Of a stretch of 64,000 nt of DNA, positions 26,933 through 41,574 are shown piece by piece. The stretch lies in contig OZ024740.1 in the NCBI GenBank assembly GCA_964016885.1, forward strand, positions 239,134,001 to 239,198,000, read 5' to 3'. Position numbers and translations under genes: made by a program. The stretch's first letter is position 1; every line of letters starts with the position of its first letter. A model generated the notes under the pieces. It had not been told where the DNA came from. It ran no database searches and saw only the letters and a list, made by a program, of their open reading frames with translations. The DNA comes from Eledone cirrhosa. Taxonomy: Eukaryota.

Positions 26933-29900
26933 GTACCAGTCGACATAAATGCTCGGGCTATGCATCCATAGCCCTGGAAATAATGTTGGTGTAGTTTTCT
27001 AACTTTTTGGGTCTGGTGTATTGACCTCGTACCTTTTCTTCAATAGACGCAGTAATTTTTTCTTTATATCTTTTAGGTTATTTAGCAGCTCTCTGAGACT
27101 GCTGTAAACTCGGACAACTCTGAAGTTCATACAAAACTGATTATGAGACGAAAATTCGTCGGAAACTTGCTGCACCCTGTTTTCATTCGGTCTGGGTTCA
27201 TTCTCGCTTTCTTGGTTTTTTGTTCCATTCCTTTCTTACTGTCTCCGACCTTTTCCAGCCGATCTTCAGGTTCCACCTCCCCATGGGGTGGAATTGCTTC
27301 TCTGAGCATCTGACTGATCTTGTGCGACGTTTCAGTGCCCTATCACATTGACCCTGATGCTGATGGCATTGAGGATTTTCCTCTGTTTTTGCTTTCGCTC
27401 TGTTCTTCCTCGCAGCTGCGACCGTCGGTATACCAGAAATAGCGGTAGCAGCAGTCGGGCGATTCTGCTAGTAATAATAATAATAACCTTTTGATAAAGT
27501 GACAGCGAGAATTGGCTTTAAAATATGAGAATTAAATGTAGACAGTTTGTATATACAGGAATTATTTCAAGCGCAATGAAGCACAGAAAATCTATCTCGA
27601 GCCTTAAAATATTTTAGCTCTGATGAATGCCAAGAAGTTTGATACTGGGCAGTGTTCCAAAATCATTTTATATCGAAGTAGAGCCTTTAAGTCTATCATC
27701 TCTGAGTTTGCAATAAATCTGCAATACATCTGCAAATACAGAAACCAGAAATTAGTGATTTATAAAAGTTTATGCGGATCAGGATCGAGTAGGAATTTGA
27801 AAAAAAAATTCTTCACTATGCCGAAACACTAATTCTATTACATACATACATACACACATTACATAATGGCTACATCTTGATTTCGAAAACTGACATCACT
27901 TGATTGTTTTTTCACACATGGGTGGCACAAACATAACTTTTTAGCACTGCCAACGATTTACATTCCTTTCTGCGTATGCTGTAGCGAAAAAAAAAAAAAA
28001 AAGCCATTTTGGCTACGGCTAGCCATGATCATGAAACACACGTGAAAGATGTTTAGATCAAATGATGTCTGTACTTGAAGCATTTTAAGTAAAGAAAGGT
28101 CTTGCACTAGGCCAATCTCACTCTCTGAACAGCGGTGACATGTGCCTAAAAAGCAGAACAGGTCAACATCATTGGCTGTAATAGAGTTGCAGGTTTTACA
28201 TTAGAGTTTTCCTTCTAGAATGATGTCCTAACACGGACCAAGGGTCTCTTACTCTCGGTGGACTATATAAAAAAAAACCTCTTAATCACATGACCATGCA
28301 TGCGCCCATAAACATTACAGTCATATAATGTCAATAATTGAAAGTTCAAAACAAATAGCATTAACAAATAGAATAATAGAAATCTCTCGTTACTGAAAAT
28401 GTCCTGACAGCGAGTGAATGATAAAATCTTTATTCAACAAATTTCAATTATATTTTACATTTGCAATAAAAAAAATGAAAGGGAAACTGGAGGGGATGGC
28501 AGACTCTAGTCTAGGTGTTATATATCAGCTGTGTCACGTGGTCAAGCTGGAGAGAGCATTGCCAGAGAACAGTCAGAGACACTTCCTCAAGTAGGATGTA
28601 CTTCTCCAAATTTTGCGGTCAAAAACGGCAGTTGGAGGACTGAGGTCACCAGATTTCTCGACGGCGATTCGCTGATAAGAAAAGTAAACGATCGGTCAAG
28701 TTCCGGTTAGTGCAAACATGAACCAGATCGACCAGGTAGTTATTTCTAACTAAAAGTGGCATAGTTGAATGGTTAAGAAATTGGCTACGTAATTATAAGG
28801 CCCCGGGTTCAACCCCATTGTGTGGAAAGATCGGCATGTGCGATTTACAGTAGCCCCGAGTCGACCTAAGCCATATGAATGAAATTGGATTGACAAAAAC
28901 TGGTTAGAATCCCATCGGATGGACTGTATCTACTATTCAAAGGAGTCGCTTTGAAACAGATTGTCAAGCCGAATCTGCATGAGAATTACGTTAAGATTAC
29001 GCGTGTCTTTGGATTGCTCAGCACTGGAAAGTTAATTTCACCAGCAGGCTGTTCCGCTGTTCGAACAACTGGAACATTCATCGTTGAAATCAACGGAGGT
29101 GCTTTCCTTCCTTCTCTCCTATTTCTGGCAGTTGGATGGCTTAATTAGTGAAATGTAGATTGAGAGTAAATCAAGATAATCTTGTCTGTTAATTGAACAT
29201 ATTACTGGACTGTAAGCTGCAAGGGAACCAGAAAGATCTGGTACCTATTAATGATCTTTAGGCAAACTGAAACATTGTCGAATAAAGTGTTTTGATACGA
29301 GAATAAAATAGGACTCGTCTCTCTTTAGCAAGAGGTCGAATACATCAATTAATTCGTTAGTTGACTCCGATAATATTCTATATTAAAGGAGACTTACAGC
29401 CTCCACCACCGCAAAAAAGAGAGTGAAAACACCCGAGCTAACAAGAGTGCCTCAACGAAGTCATTCGACATGCTAGATATAAACTAAATCTTTGTTAGAT
29501 CAACGCTTACTGTTAAAAAAAAATGTTACGTCAAATACACTGTCTGAATAAAATATGGCACGGTCAGGGTAGTAACGTTTCGAGAAGATGTCTCCTGTAT
29601 CTCGATCCTGATTTGGGGCCAAACATTGATAATACATTGCATGCATGTATGGTCCCGTAACTCCTGACGGAGTCGTAGGCGCGCCGTAATGACATACGGC
29701 GTTTCTACGGCATTTTAAAACTTGATGGAACCCATCCGTCACCAGGTCTGAACACACCAGATTTCTTTCAGAGAAGGATAGAAAGTGAGAGAGAGGAAGT
29801 GAGAAAGAGATATAGAGGAAGAATCGACCCCAGTACTAAACTGATACTTTTTTATCGACCTCGAATGGATAGAAATCAAAATTGACCTCAGCAGGATTTG

Positions 29901-30439
29901 AATCCAGACAGCACAGAGGCAAATACCGGAAAGCATTCTATCCGACGTTCTAATGACTCTGCAATTTCGTCGCTTCATAATACAGTACCGCATGGAAAAA
30001 ACCGAAGGATACATTGATCAATGTAGTTTTTGTTATACAAAAGGATTGGAACATATTTGAGAGTCGATATATTGGATCACGAGTGTGTGGGGGGTAAACA
30101 GCAATAAAAATAATAACAAACAAGCCGAAAAGGGGCAAGGTCACAGGAAATTTGAAACATGCTTTTCGATGGATTCAAATATAATGAAATAAATAACTTA
30201 CTATGAAGAAATAGTAATGTTGGCAACAACAACGACGATAACAAGATCTATAACAACAACTACAACGACATTAATAACAACAATAACAACAACTAAAAAA
30301 CAGCAACATGACAATGATTATAATAATAACTAAAATAACACCTACAACATTGACAATAACAACAGCCATACTAACAGCAGCAATAACAACAATAATGATG
30401 ATTTCATTTATTAGCCACAAGGGCCGACAACAATAATGA

Positions 30440-30586
30440 TAATGGCTTCTTATATAGGCACAAGGCCAATAATTTGAGGGGAGGGGAAAGTCGATTAAAT
30501 CGATCAGTACGTTACTGGTACTTTATTTTATCGACCCTGTAAGGATGAAAGGCAAAGTTAACCTCGGCGGGATTTGAACTCAGACC
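30440..30586 (-). mobile_element. SINE (major family)
   Basis: Matches family consensus. Confidence 0.8.
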
Positions 30587-30885
30587 TTGCAACAATAATA
30601 ATAACAAAAATGACAACTACGAATGCTACTATAACTGCAACAACAACCATAATAACAGCAACACAACAATGACAATAACTGTAAAATACTGACAACAGGA
30701 AGTAGCTTTAAAATATGACATGTGCATCGGAAATTGAATAAAAGGCATATCCCTGTTAACAACTTACACATCAGAGATTTTAAATGAAAAACAACACAAA
30801 GTAAAACACAAAATACAAAAACGGGACACACGCACACACATATACATACTCTGTCTGTCTGTCTGTCTGTCTCTCTCACTGTCTA

Positions 30886-30953
<68 letters not shown>

Positions 30954-32574
30954 GCTTTTTCTCTGCGTCCACAATGCGGAAAAACCAACGATTTAAGAAT
31001 AGATATTGTAAGCCCAGCAACAAACAAATAGAAGAGAGTCAAATTATGCTGAGTATCACATGTATGGCCGCCAATAAGACGTATGAATAGGGCCAACAGA
31101 ATGGAAATTATTTAAACAATTGAGACTCGATCGAGCAGATGTAAGATGAAAGGCGTTCCAACTGCGATCACTGTCTTTATTTTCTTTGTTTTTAGGTAGT
31201 ATACACCGTCTCTCAATAATGTACTCTTTTTCTGTTTTTAAAGATAGACATGTGTCGATCGAGAGAGATTTAACTGCTATTTCTAGCTGGCCAAAGTACA
31301 CTTTGTTGTACATTTGATGTGAAAAATGGTCTTTATATAAACATATAACACTTGGAGAAAATCGAGTTAATGGGTAGGCGGAACCTTTACGAGATCTTTC
31401 GACCTGCTATTGAAAGACCACTGCTATCCTCTTAAAAGGCGCATTAGATATTGTCTTTATCTTTCTGGGTCATCCAATCGCGAATGACCTCTGGTGATTT
31501 CCTTGAGAAATGTTGTAGCTGTGTGCTTGTCATAGAATTTTCTCGGAAGAATATAAAATCAGGTTTCTGTTGTCATTTTTCTTATATTCTTTTTTACACG
31601 ATTAGGTACAGAAACGTTCGCCACGCTTGCCTGTGTACTTAAAACATACAGAGCTGAAAAAATACCGCAAGTCATTTTGTCCAGCGCTTCAACAAGTCCG
31701 CGAATCCACCGCAATGTTGGCTTTGGTAGATTTGAACTCAGAACGTAAAATACCAGATTAATGGTTCTACCAACCAACTTATTATAAATAGTTATTATTT
31801 TCGAGTTACAATAGACCAGAAGTTTTCCAAATTCAGACATATAGGCACGCGTATATACAAACATGTACATGCATCAAAATAAGGACACTGGTCTGAATAA
31901 ACCAGTTTATATTTCTTTCTCTTTAGTTATCAGTATCTTCCTTGTCAAAGGAAGGCGAAAGAATAGCTACAAGAATATCAATAATTGAAATAATAGCACA
32001 AAATGAAAAGCAGATATATGCTTTCAGAATAAAACACGATATTGTTCTAGAAAACAACGTCACATCAGTAAGACTGAGAATATTAGCTTGGGAGATATTA
32101 GCCAATTAACTGGATATTAGATCGTATTGTTTGTGAGCGAGTATTTGCTTTTGATAACGATTTCTACTTTAGCACAAGGTAGGGGAGGGAAACGTCGATT
32201 AAATCGACCGCCAGTACTTGATTGGTACTTTATTTTATTGGCATTGGAAAGATAAAAGTTGACCTCTAACGAAACTGTCCTCGGGTTTGCTATTAATAAT
32301 AGTTATTAACCTTCTATTCGAGGTCATCTTTCCTGGGTTGATAAAATAAATTTCCCAATTAATTACCTGGGTGATCAACCAACCATACAGAACTATTTGT
32401 TACCGTGTGCAAATGTAAGAAATCAATACGTAGGTACAAATACACACAGAAGATCAGTGGAATTTGTGAAACCCAGCGGAATTTGAACTTAGAACTTAAA
32501 AAGCCAGAATGAGGCTGCAAGGCATTTTATCCAATTCTATAACGATACTGCCAATCTACCTATACATAATAGTT

Positions 32575-33117
32575 AGTATCGGAAGAGCGTCAGACAACAT
32601 GGCCCTTTACATTCTGAGTTCAAATCCCGCCGAGGTTAACTTTGCCTTTCATCCTTACAGGGTCGATAAATAAAGTACCAGTAATGGTACTTTATTTTGT
32701 GCTAAAAGTAGAAACAATTATTTACTATTAATGGTTTCTAATCCAGGTACAAGGCTATCGTTTTAGTGTGAGAGGAAGGGAATAAAATTTATCGATCCCC
32801 AGTACTTGACACATAGTTTATGTTATCGAACTCGGAAGGATGAAAGGCAAAGTTGACATCAAAAGAAGTTGACTAGAAACTATTCATTAAACATAACCAT
32901 ACCATGTTAAACGGACATTTTTTAATGGATTTATGGATGCAACCGAAAATGTTCGAATATATATATATTAATAATTGTTTCTACTTTTGGCACAAGGCCA
33001 GCAATTACCCAGTGTATTACTGGTACTTTATTTTATCGACCTCGTAAGGATGAAAGGCAAAGTCAACCTCGGCGGGATTTGAACTCAGAATGGCAAGGGC
33101 CGTAACTCTACGCGTCA
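32575..33117. mobile_element. SINE cluster: + copy 32575-32720, - copies to 33117
   Basis: Consensus matches in both orientations. Confidence 0.78.
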
Positions 33118-35113
33118 ATATATATATATTAATAATTATTTTTTCTGAGTGGCAAGTAATCAATTATTCCATTTTGAAGGGGCTGTGAACCTCATACAAA
33201 ATGACACACACACACACACACACACACGCACCCACACACGTGTATCTCTACGATAATTATAAGTAGAAAAGGTCTTAGGGATGGACAAAAATGTTCTTGG
33301 TAATATAGAAGAAGTGTGACTGACAATTTCGTTACTCGTAATATACAGGGTCTTATAGTGAATAAATAAAGATTGTTGTTGCTCTTGTTGATGTTTAACC
33401 TGATCGAGAAAAGTTTTATATTGAAGGTATTCTAGTCGTAACCATCTTATCTTTTATTCAGGTATAGTTTATCCAGGATTACATTGTGCAATGTGTCCTT
33501 CCCTTCTTAAGACATTAGTGTGTAGTTTGCAGAACATTTGGCTGCTATTTTTAGCTGTTTGGTAGCTACGTAGGAGCTCCATCGATTTTTCAGAGGTTAA
33601 GAGTTGTAATGTTGGTAGACAAAATTGTTGCTCATTCATAGACAAGTGCTCCAATGTAGTAGTAATACAGACAATGTACACAACTAAACTTGTTGATTTA
33701 AGTGACGTTTTATAAATGCTGTTTCCATTAGACAGAAGAGGTCGTCTGCTAGTCAATATTGGTATTTCTTTTCAATGAAACGTGTGTCTATATCTAGACG
33801 AGAGTTTGTCTTTGGCAAAGTAGCTGTTTACTTAGTACACATATATTAAAGAAACATCAAACTTATGACTCCTGGCGTTCAACTACAATTCAGCTTAAAG
33901 ATGGAATTAGCTATTTATACTTGTTATACCCATACATATACATACACACAGATGCATACATGTATATACATGTTTATACAAGCACATTCACTCAGATATA
34001 CATATACAGATACACACACATTCTTTCTCACACACACTGTGACTCAGCTGCACACACAGATGTGTGCGCATATACATAATACATGCATACGCATGCATAA
34101 ACACACACACACACACACACACATACACACAGGTCCACACATACATGCGTGCTGGTATACACGGATGCGTGCTGGTATACATACGTATATATAAACAGAC
34201 AAACATACGTAAACACTTTACACACACACAGAGACACTCACACACACAAACACTAAGAAACATAATCATTCACAAACACATGCACACACACAATTTGTAA
34301 ATATAAACAATCTCATCTTATCAATGAAGATAACGACTCCTTGTCTCTCTCCCACGCAAACAGTTCACCTCATTGCCCTCCCTGTGTCTATATTTCTTTA
34401 GTTCTGTGTGTTAACAGCAATAGTTAAACATAAGATTACTAACAACATCTTAAGTATTCATCCCAGACTCCTAAATTGCTTTCTTTTCAAAACTGAAAAC
34501 AACTATTTCCTTTAAAGAAAAAAAAAACACCTCCATTACTAGTCGGCCTACACTTTTCTGAGGAAGCAGACGATACACTCTGATCATATATTGTACACAT
34601 GTTTCTTAAAAGGCAAATGGCTGATCATTCATGCTGCATTGCATTACCTATAATGAAATAAAAATCTTTCCTACTTTCAATAATTTACTCATAATCATCA
34701 TTCTTCGACTACTGTCGAGATGATGGATCTCACCCTCATGCCCCAGAATTCCCTGTCCCCCATATAATGTGGTTCCCTGAGGAACAGGAACCCTGGTGCA
34801 GTCAGTTGCGAAATCCATCATCTTTTCAAATAGCTAATAATGTGTGTGGGCGCCACTACTACACACATGTGAAAGAATTTGACAGCCAAGTTTGACTTAT
34901 ATCTGTTCCAATCGACTCCAAATATTTTTCTTTATATATTATTAAATGTATATATCTATAAAATATAGTATCATCGAGAAAAAAAAAGAAGAAAGTGGTA
35001 GAAACAGAAATATGAAAACAGGAGGCGATAAAAATATTTTTTCCGTGTCTCGTTTTCAATTTTCTTCGTCATACATACACGCGTGCACGCACACACACAC
35101 ACATACACGGCCA

Positions 35114-35176
<63 letters not shown>

Positions 35177-35181
35177 ATATA

Positions 35182-35246
<65 letters not shown>

Positions 35247-36619
35247 CTATGTATGTATGTGTGCAAGCATGCATGCAAGAATCTGTATGTTTTGCTTTAT
35301 GTATGTGTACATATACATATGTTTTATTTCTATACTTGTGTATAAGTAGCTATTACTGGCTAAGCACTAGGAATGTTTTATACATTTTTGTAGTTCCATT
35401 AATAGCTTGTAATCACGATTTCTTAATTAGCCGTGTCCTTCCTGGTCTCCCGAAGCTCAGCTTCTGAAGGTTGATGCTGTGGCTGTTAATTATATAATCA
35501 ACTACCCTCAGTAATTATAGTTATAAATCTAAAATGATGGTCCAAATGGAGTATCTGTAAATTTCTCATTAGTTCGGCATAGATGTTTTTCTTTTATCTT
35601 TAACACCATGTTGCCGTCTGTTAGACGATTGTCTGTTAGACGATTGCCGCGCACAGTTTCATTTATCTGTCCCACATCATTAAGTTTGGTATGTTATTGC
35701 CCATAATTTTACAGGAAACAAACTGAATGTTAGGTGGTTCGTGACTTTGACAAGGTTAACCCAAGTATGTTAACATGTAATCAAATGTTTCAGCCGTGAT
35801 CATCCTTTCTTACCTTATGTGTTCGGTTCTTATACGAGACAATAGTGTGAGATTTGAGGCAAATTTGACAGCTAATTATAACAGGATGAGCGACCACGTA
35901 GAATCCCACACTGCCTTTTGTTATGTCACGTTAACTCTCTAAATGACCCAAACAATTTAGTTGGGTTCAGGTTCAGCCTAACAGTTACTGTAGGTAGTAG
36001 AATTTCTACTTAAATTTGCGAGTGTTTCATTTGTTTGCAGTGCTGATTTCAAATTCTGCAGCTAGATGAGAGAAATATCCAACCTATAAAATAGATGCTT
36101 TAGAAATACAACATGTAACCAGAGACGGATTGGCCATACGGGAATATGGGCAATGTCCGGTGGGCCTCTGAGTTGGGTGAAAAAAAAAAAAAAACTCCCG
36201 AAAAATATATTAAGGAGCTTTGGGACGACTTGATAAGTGATGGGTGACAGGGCCAGTTTTAAAACCTAGTCCGTATTTGTATGTAGCCATTTCCATTAAC
36301 AGCTGCATATATCCATTCTTCGACTTACACATACACCTCGCCTTATTCAGCACACCTCCACTCTCCGCTCTTCTACTTTACCAAAAATAACATCAATATC
36401 ATCTATAGAATCTATGAGCTAATACATATATTAACTCTGTGTGAATTATTTAATTGAACCAGTAATAAAGATCAAAGAATTCACTACCTTCCCTATTGAC
36501 ACGCGAGATAAAAAACTAATCATCCAACTCACTATACGTCTGAGATGAATAATTAACATCACAAGCCACAATGGGGAGAACGTAAACAAACCACCCGAGG
36601 GCGACACAAAACTGACCAT

Positions 36620-37062
36620 AACATATACCACACTGTTGAGATTAAATGCTAACTACAACATATACCACACTGTTGAGATTAAATGCTAACTACAACATAT
36701 ACCACACTGTTGAGATAAAATGCTAACTACAACATATACCACACTGTTGAGATTAAATGCTAACTACAACATATACCACACTGTTGAGATAAAATGCTAA
36801 CTACAACATATACCACACTGTTGAGATAAAATGCTAACTACAACATATACCACACTGTTGAGATTAAATGCTAACTACAACATATACCACACTGTTGAGA
36901 TAAAATGCTAACTACAACATATACCACACTGTTGAGATTAAATGCTAACTACAACATATACCACACTGTTGAGACTAAAAGCTAACCACAACATATACTA
37001 CACTGATGGGACTAAATGCTAACTACAACATATACCACACTGTTGAGATTAAATGCTAACCA
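36620..37062. repeat. 37-bp minisatellite, about 12 copies
   Basis: Unit aacatataccacactgttgagattaaatgctaactac. Confidence 0.95.
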
Positions 37063-37362
37063 CTATAAACGAAGATTTAAAGCTAAACATACCCCCCACC
37101 CAACACATATGCAACAACAATTAAAAAAAAACTAATGCGGCCCACATCATATAAGAGAGGCCTAACACAAACTGTAAAACTAATCACATATATGAGATTG
37201 AAAAATTACAACACATCACACTGTTGAGATGAAATACCACAGCACAAACCGCACAGGTAAAATTGAAAACCAGCAACATACACACACCCTGCAGGTAAGA
37301 TGAAAACTAACAATGCACACACCACACAGATAAGATGAATACTAATCACAGCACAACATATC

Positions 37363-38955
37363 ACACAGGTAAAATTGTAAACTAACTACAACACAGGTAA
37401 AATTGTAAACTAGCCACAACACAGGTAAAATTGTAAACTAGTCACAACACAGGTAAAATTGTAAACTAACTACAACACAGGTAAAATTGTAAACTAACTA
37501 CAACACAGGTAAAATTGTAAACTAACTACAACACAGGTAAAATTGTAAACTAGTCACAACACAGGTACAATTGTAAACTAACCACAACACAGGTAAAATT
37601 GTAAACTAACCACAACACACAGGTAAAATTGTAAACTAGCCACAACACAGGTAAAATTGTAAACTAACCACAACACAGGTAAAATTGTAAACTAACCACA
37701 ACACAGGTAAAATTGTAAACTAACCACAACACACAGGTAAAATTGTAAACTAGCCACAACACAGGTAAAATTGTAAACTAGCCACAACACAGGTAAAATT
37801 GTAAACTAGCCACAACACAGGTAAAATTGTAAACTAACCACAACACAGGTAAAATTGTAAACTAACCACAACACAGGTAAAATTGTAAACTAACCACAAC
37901 ACACAGGTAAAATTGTAAACTAGCCACAACACAGGTAAAATTGTAAACTAGCCACAACACAGGTAAAATTGTAAACTAACCACAACACAAGTAAAATTGT
38001 AAACTAACCACAACACACAGGTAAAATTGTAAACTAGCCACAACACAGGTAAAATTGTAAACTAGCCACAACACAGGTAAAATTGTAAACTAGCCACAAC
38101 ACAGGTAAAATTGTAAACTAACCACAACACAGGTAAAATTGTAAACTAACCACAACACAGGTAAAATTGTAAACTAGCCACAACACAGGTAAAATTGTAA
38201 ACTAACCACAACACAGTTAAAATTGTAAACTAACTACAACACAGGTAAAATTGTAAACTAGCCACAACACAGGTAAAATTGTAAACTAACCACAACACAG
38301 GTAAAATTGTAAACTAACTACAACACAGGTAAAATTGTAAACTAGCCACAACACAGGTAAAATTGTAAACTAACTACAACACAGGTAAAATTGTAAACTA
38401 ACCACAACACAGGTAAAATTGTAAACTAGCCACAACACAGGTAAAATTGTAAACTAACCACAACACAGGTAAAATTGTAAACTAACCACAACACAGGTAA
38501 AATTGTAAACTAACTACAACACAGGTAAAATTGTAAACTAGCCACAACACAGGTAAAATTGTAAACTAGCCACAACACAGGTAAAATTGTAAACTAACTA
38601 CAACACAGGTAAAATTGTAAACTAACCACAACACAGTTAAATTGTAAACTAGCCACAACACAGGTAAAATTGTAAACTAGTCACAACACAGGTAAAATTG
38701 TAAACTAGTCACAACACAGGTAAAATTGTAAACTAACCACAACACAGTTAAATTGTAAACTAACCACAACACAGGTAAAATTGTAAACTAACTACAACAC
38801 AGGTAAAATTGTAAACTAGTCACAACACAGGTAAAATTGTAAACTAGCCACAACACAGGTAAAATTGTAAACTAGTCACAACACAGGTAAAATTGTAAAC
38901 TAACCACAACACAGTTAAATTGTAAACTAACCACAACACACAAGTAAAATTGAAA
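37363..38955. repeat. 28-bp minisatellite, roughly 55-57 copies
   Basis: Unit caggtaaaattgtaaacta(a/g)(c/t)(c/t)acaaca with minor variants. Confidence 0.95.
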
Positions 38956-39512
38956 GCTATCCCCACACCTCATACAACACAGGTGATATATAAAACTGAT
39001 ATCGAAAACCAACAATCATAATTCCTTTAACAACCAAAGCAGAAAGAAACAGGTCAGATTGTTTGACCGGATCATACAAAACAAGCAATACACGTTATAG
39101 AGTTTTTACTGCGCTGGGGATTAATCAATATCACACATGTACATGGTATCCCAGCATTCTTCCGTATATTTTATATATGCCTTGAAAAGATGGTGAGGGC
39201 ACCGCATCAGTGTATGCGTTTGTGTGAATGAACGGGTGAGTGTGTGCATGTGTTTGCAGGAGTAACTATATACATAACATGTATAAGACACGCACACACA
39301 TGCACGCACACACTCTCACACGTACACACACACAAACGCATTCATACCACGCAAACATTAACATTTCGAAGCACCGGACTATTTTATGTCGGTAAATGAT
39401 AACTCAAAACACTAAGTACGTTAAATGTAACAAACATATGCACACTCATATATATATTTAATATAGAAATGACTTCCCGATTGATTGGTTACTCCCGATT
39501 GAACCCGGGATA

Positions 39513-39568
<56 letters not shown>

Positions 39569-39631
39569 GGAGGTGAGTTTTATTGTAGTACAATAAAGCA
39601 ATGCATATATCGCATAAGAAGCACTCTACAG

Positions 39632-39700
39632 TTTGTATCTGATGAAAACACAAATATTATTGCATGATGATATTTGTTTTTGAAATGCGCATAATAAAAT
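39632..39700 (+). ncRNA. Hammerhead ribozyme, family H6
   Basis: CTGATGA-aaacacaaatattatt..gatatttgttttt-GAAA-tgcgcaT-A-ataaaat; element 39566-39740 lies between two (TA)n tracts. Confidence 0.72.
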
Positions 39701-39731
39701 ACAAGGAACTCTTTTAACCATCTTTTGATCT

Positions 39732-39779
<48 letters not shown>

Positions 39780-40621
39780 AGAGAGAGAGAAAGAGAGAAA
39801 GAGAGGGGTGGGGTGGGGGAGATTAAAAGAGACACAGAACAATTACTCAAAGATTTATCAGTTTCACGCCTGGGCGTTAGCCCTTCATCAGAAAAGAGTA
39901 AAGTCAGCAGATATAAGAGCTTGGAAGGCCGAAGAAATAAACATATATTAACTCTCTAGTTTTATATTGTCTTTTGAGTATTTTCTCATAATTATGTCCA
40001 CGATTTATGTTTAGTTAGTTCTATTCCCATTATAAGATTTTACACCAACATACACAGAAATATGATTTATTTGGTATATATATCATTTTGTGCTCACGAT
40101 TACAGAAACCACATAACTAACACTAATCTCGAAATAACTTCCAGAGCTTCAATGTTCATCCGATGTTGGCTATGACAACAACTAGACTGCTGAGCTGATG
40201 TCTGAAGAAACATGTCAGAAATACGTTTTGTGATATTTTAATTTTTACACCACTAGATTCCATCACAGTTGCTCTACTTACCGAACTTTCCACCTACAAC
40301 TATAATTATTAATACTAGCAGTTATTACTGATACCCTCATTCCACACATTGCTTATATATTAATGTACCACGCTTTTTAAACATTGCTTTGTTTGTACAC
40401 ACACACACACACATATATACACACACATATGTATGTATGGATGTATATTAGAAAAAACGAGGAAGTTTCGTTTACATATGAAAAATATTTATTGCGTATC
40501 GACCTGTTACGCGCGTTTCGCAAATGATTGGCTCAAGATGACCCATAGGAGTATTTCACCGTACTACCTACACTATATATATATATATATATATATTATA
40601 TATTATATATATATATGTATA

Positions 40622-40731
<110 letters not shown>

Positions 40732-41371
40732 ATATATATATATGTGTGTGTGTGTGTGTATATATATATATGTGTGTGTGTGTATATACATGTGTGTGTA
40801 TGTGTATATATAAGTGTGTGTGTGTGTGTATATATATATGTGTGTGTGTGTGTATATATAAGTGTATGTGTGTGTGTGTGTGTGTATATATAAGTGTATG
40901 TATGTATGTATGCATATATGTAAGTATGCATGCGTATGTGTGTAAGTATGCATGCATATATATGTATGTATGCATACATATATGTATGTATTGTGGACTG
41001 GTGCTACCTTTTGGCTATCTAGGCAGCCGCTTAAGACGATACCTCTTTGGAGCACATTACTCAATCTTAAACATCAGTTTTATACAAATTTGTGTAATCA
41101 AATTAAATATATAATAATTTCCTTTGATCAATAATCATATCACTCATCCTCTTTGCTGTGCAGCAGCCTAGTGGAAATATCAAAAGCGGTGTAGTTTTCT
41201 AAGTGTTGCCGAAGCAAGAAGTGTCAAAAGCTATGTTTGTCATCTTGCCAAAATGTAAGTTGAAATTATTTTGTTTGGGAAATGCAACACATACCTGGGA
41301 GAAGGGGTGACAATTGTAGAGCTAGCCTAGAGCGCTAAATCCCAGACGCTGACCCTGTTCTTGTGTATATA

Positions 41372-41550
41372 CGAGGATCTGTTGAAAAGTTCATAGGAGT
41401 GATGCTCGAGCTGTGAAATCTTACATGCATTATTTTCAACTTATTAATAACGGCATGGTGTCTTTCTAGGAACTATGTTGAAAAATAAAGCTCGTTTGGT
41501 CATTCCATGAGCGTATCTTGGTCAGCTATGAACTTTTCAGTCCACCCTCG
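41372..41550. mobile_element. Mariner-type MITE
   Basis: TA|cgaggatctgttgaaaagttcatag ... ctatgaacttttcagtccaccctcg|TA: imperfect TIRs with TA target duplication. Confidence 0.75.
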
Positions 41551-41574
41551 TATGTATGTATGTATGTATGTATG

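Noticed and set aside
27136-27170. ctgattatga-gacgaa/ttcgtc-ggaaac hammerhead-like motif
   Set aside because: Insertion in the core and no stem I or stem III pairing.
34718-34824. GC-richer island with an 11-bp inverted pair agatgatggat/atccatcatct
   Set aside because: No recognisable protein or RNA family; pairing is too short to support a call.
36620-38955. CRISPR-like array of 28-37 bp repeats
   Set aside because: Units are head-to-tail with no unique spacers, there are no cas genes, and the context is eukaryotic.
40500-40545. GAAACGCGCGTA on the minus strand
   Set aside because: Only a 3' half; no intact CUGANGA or stem I partner.
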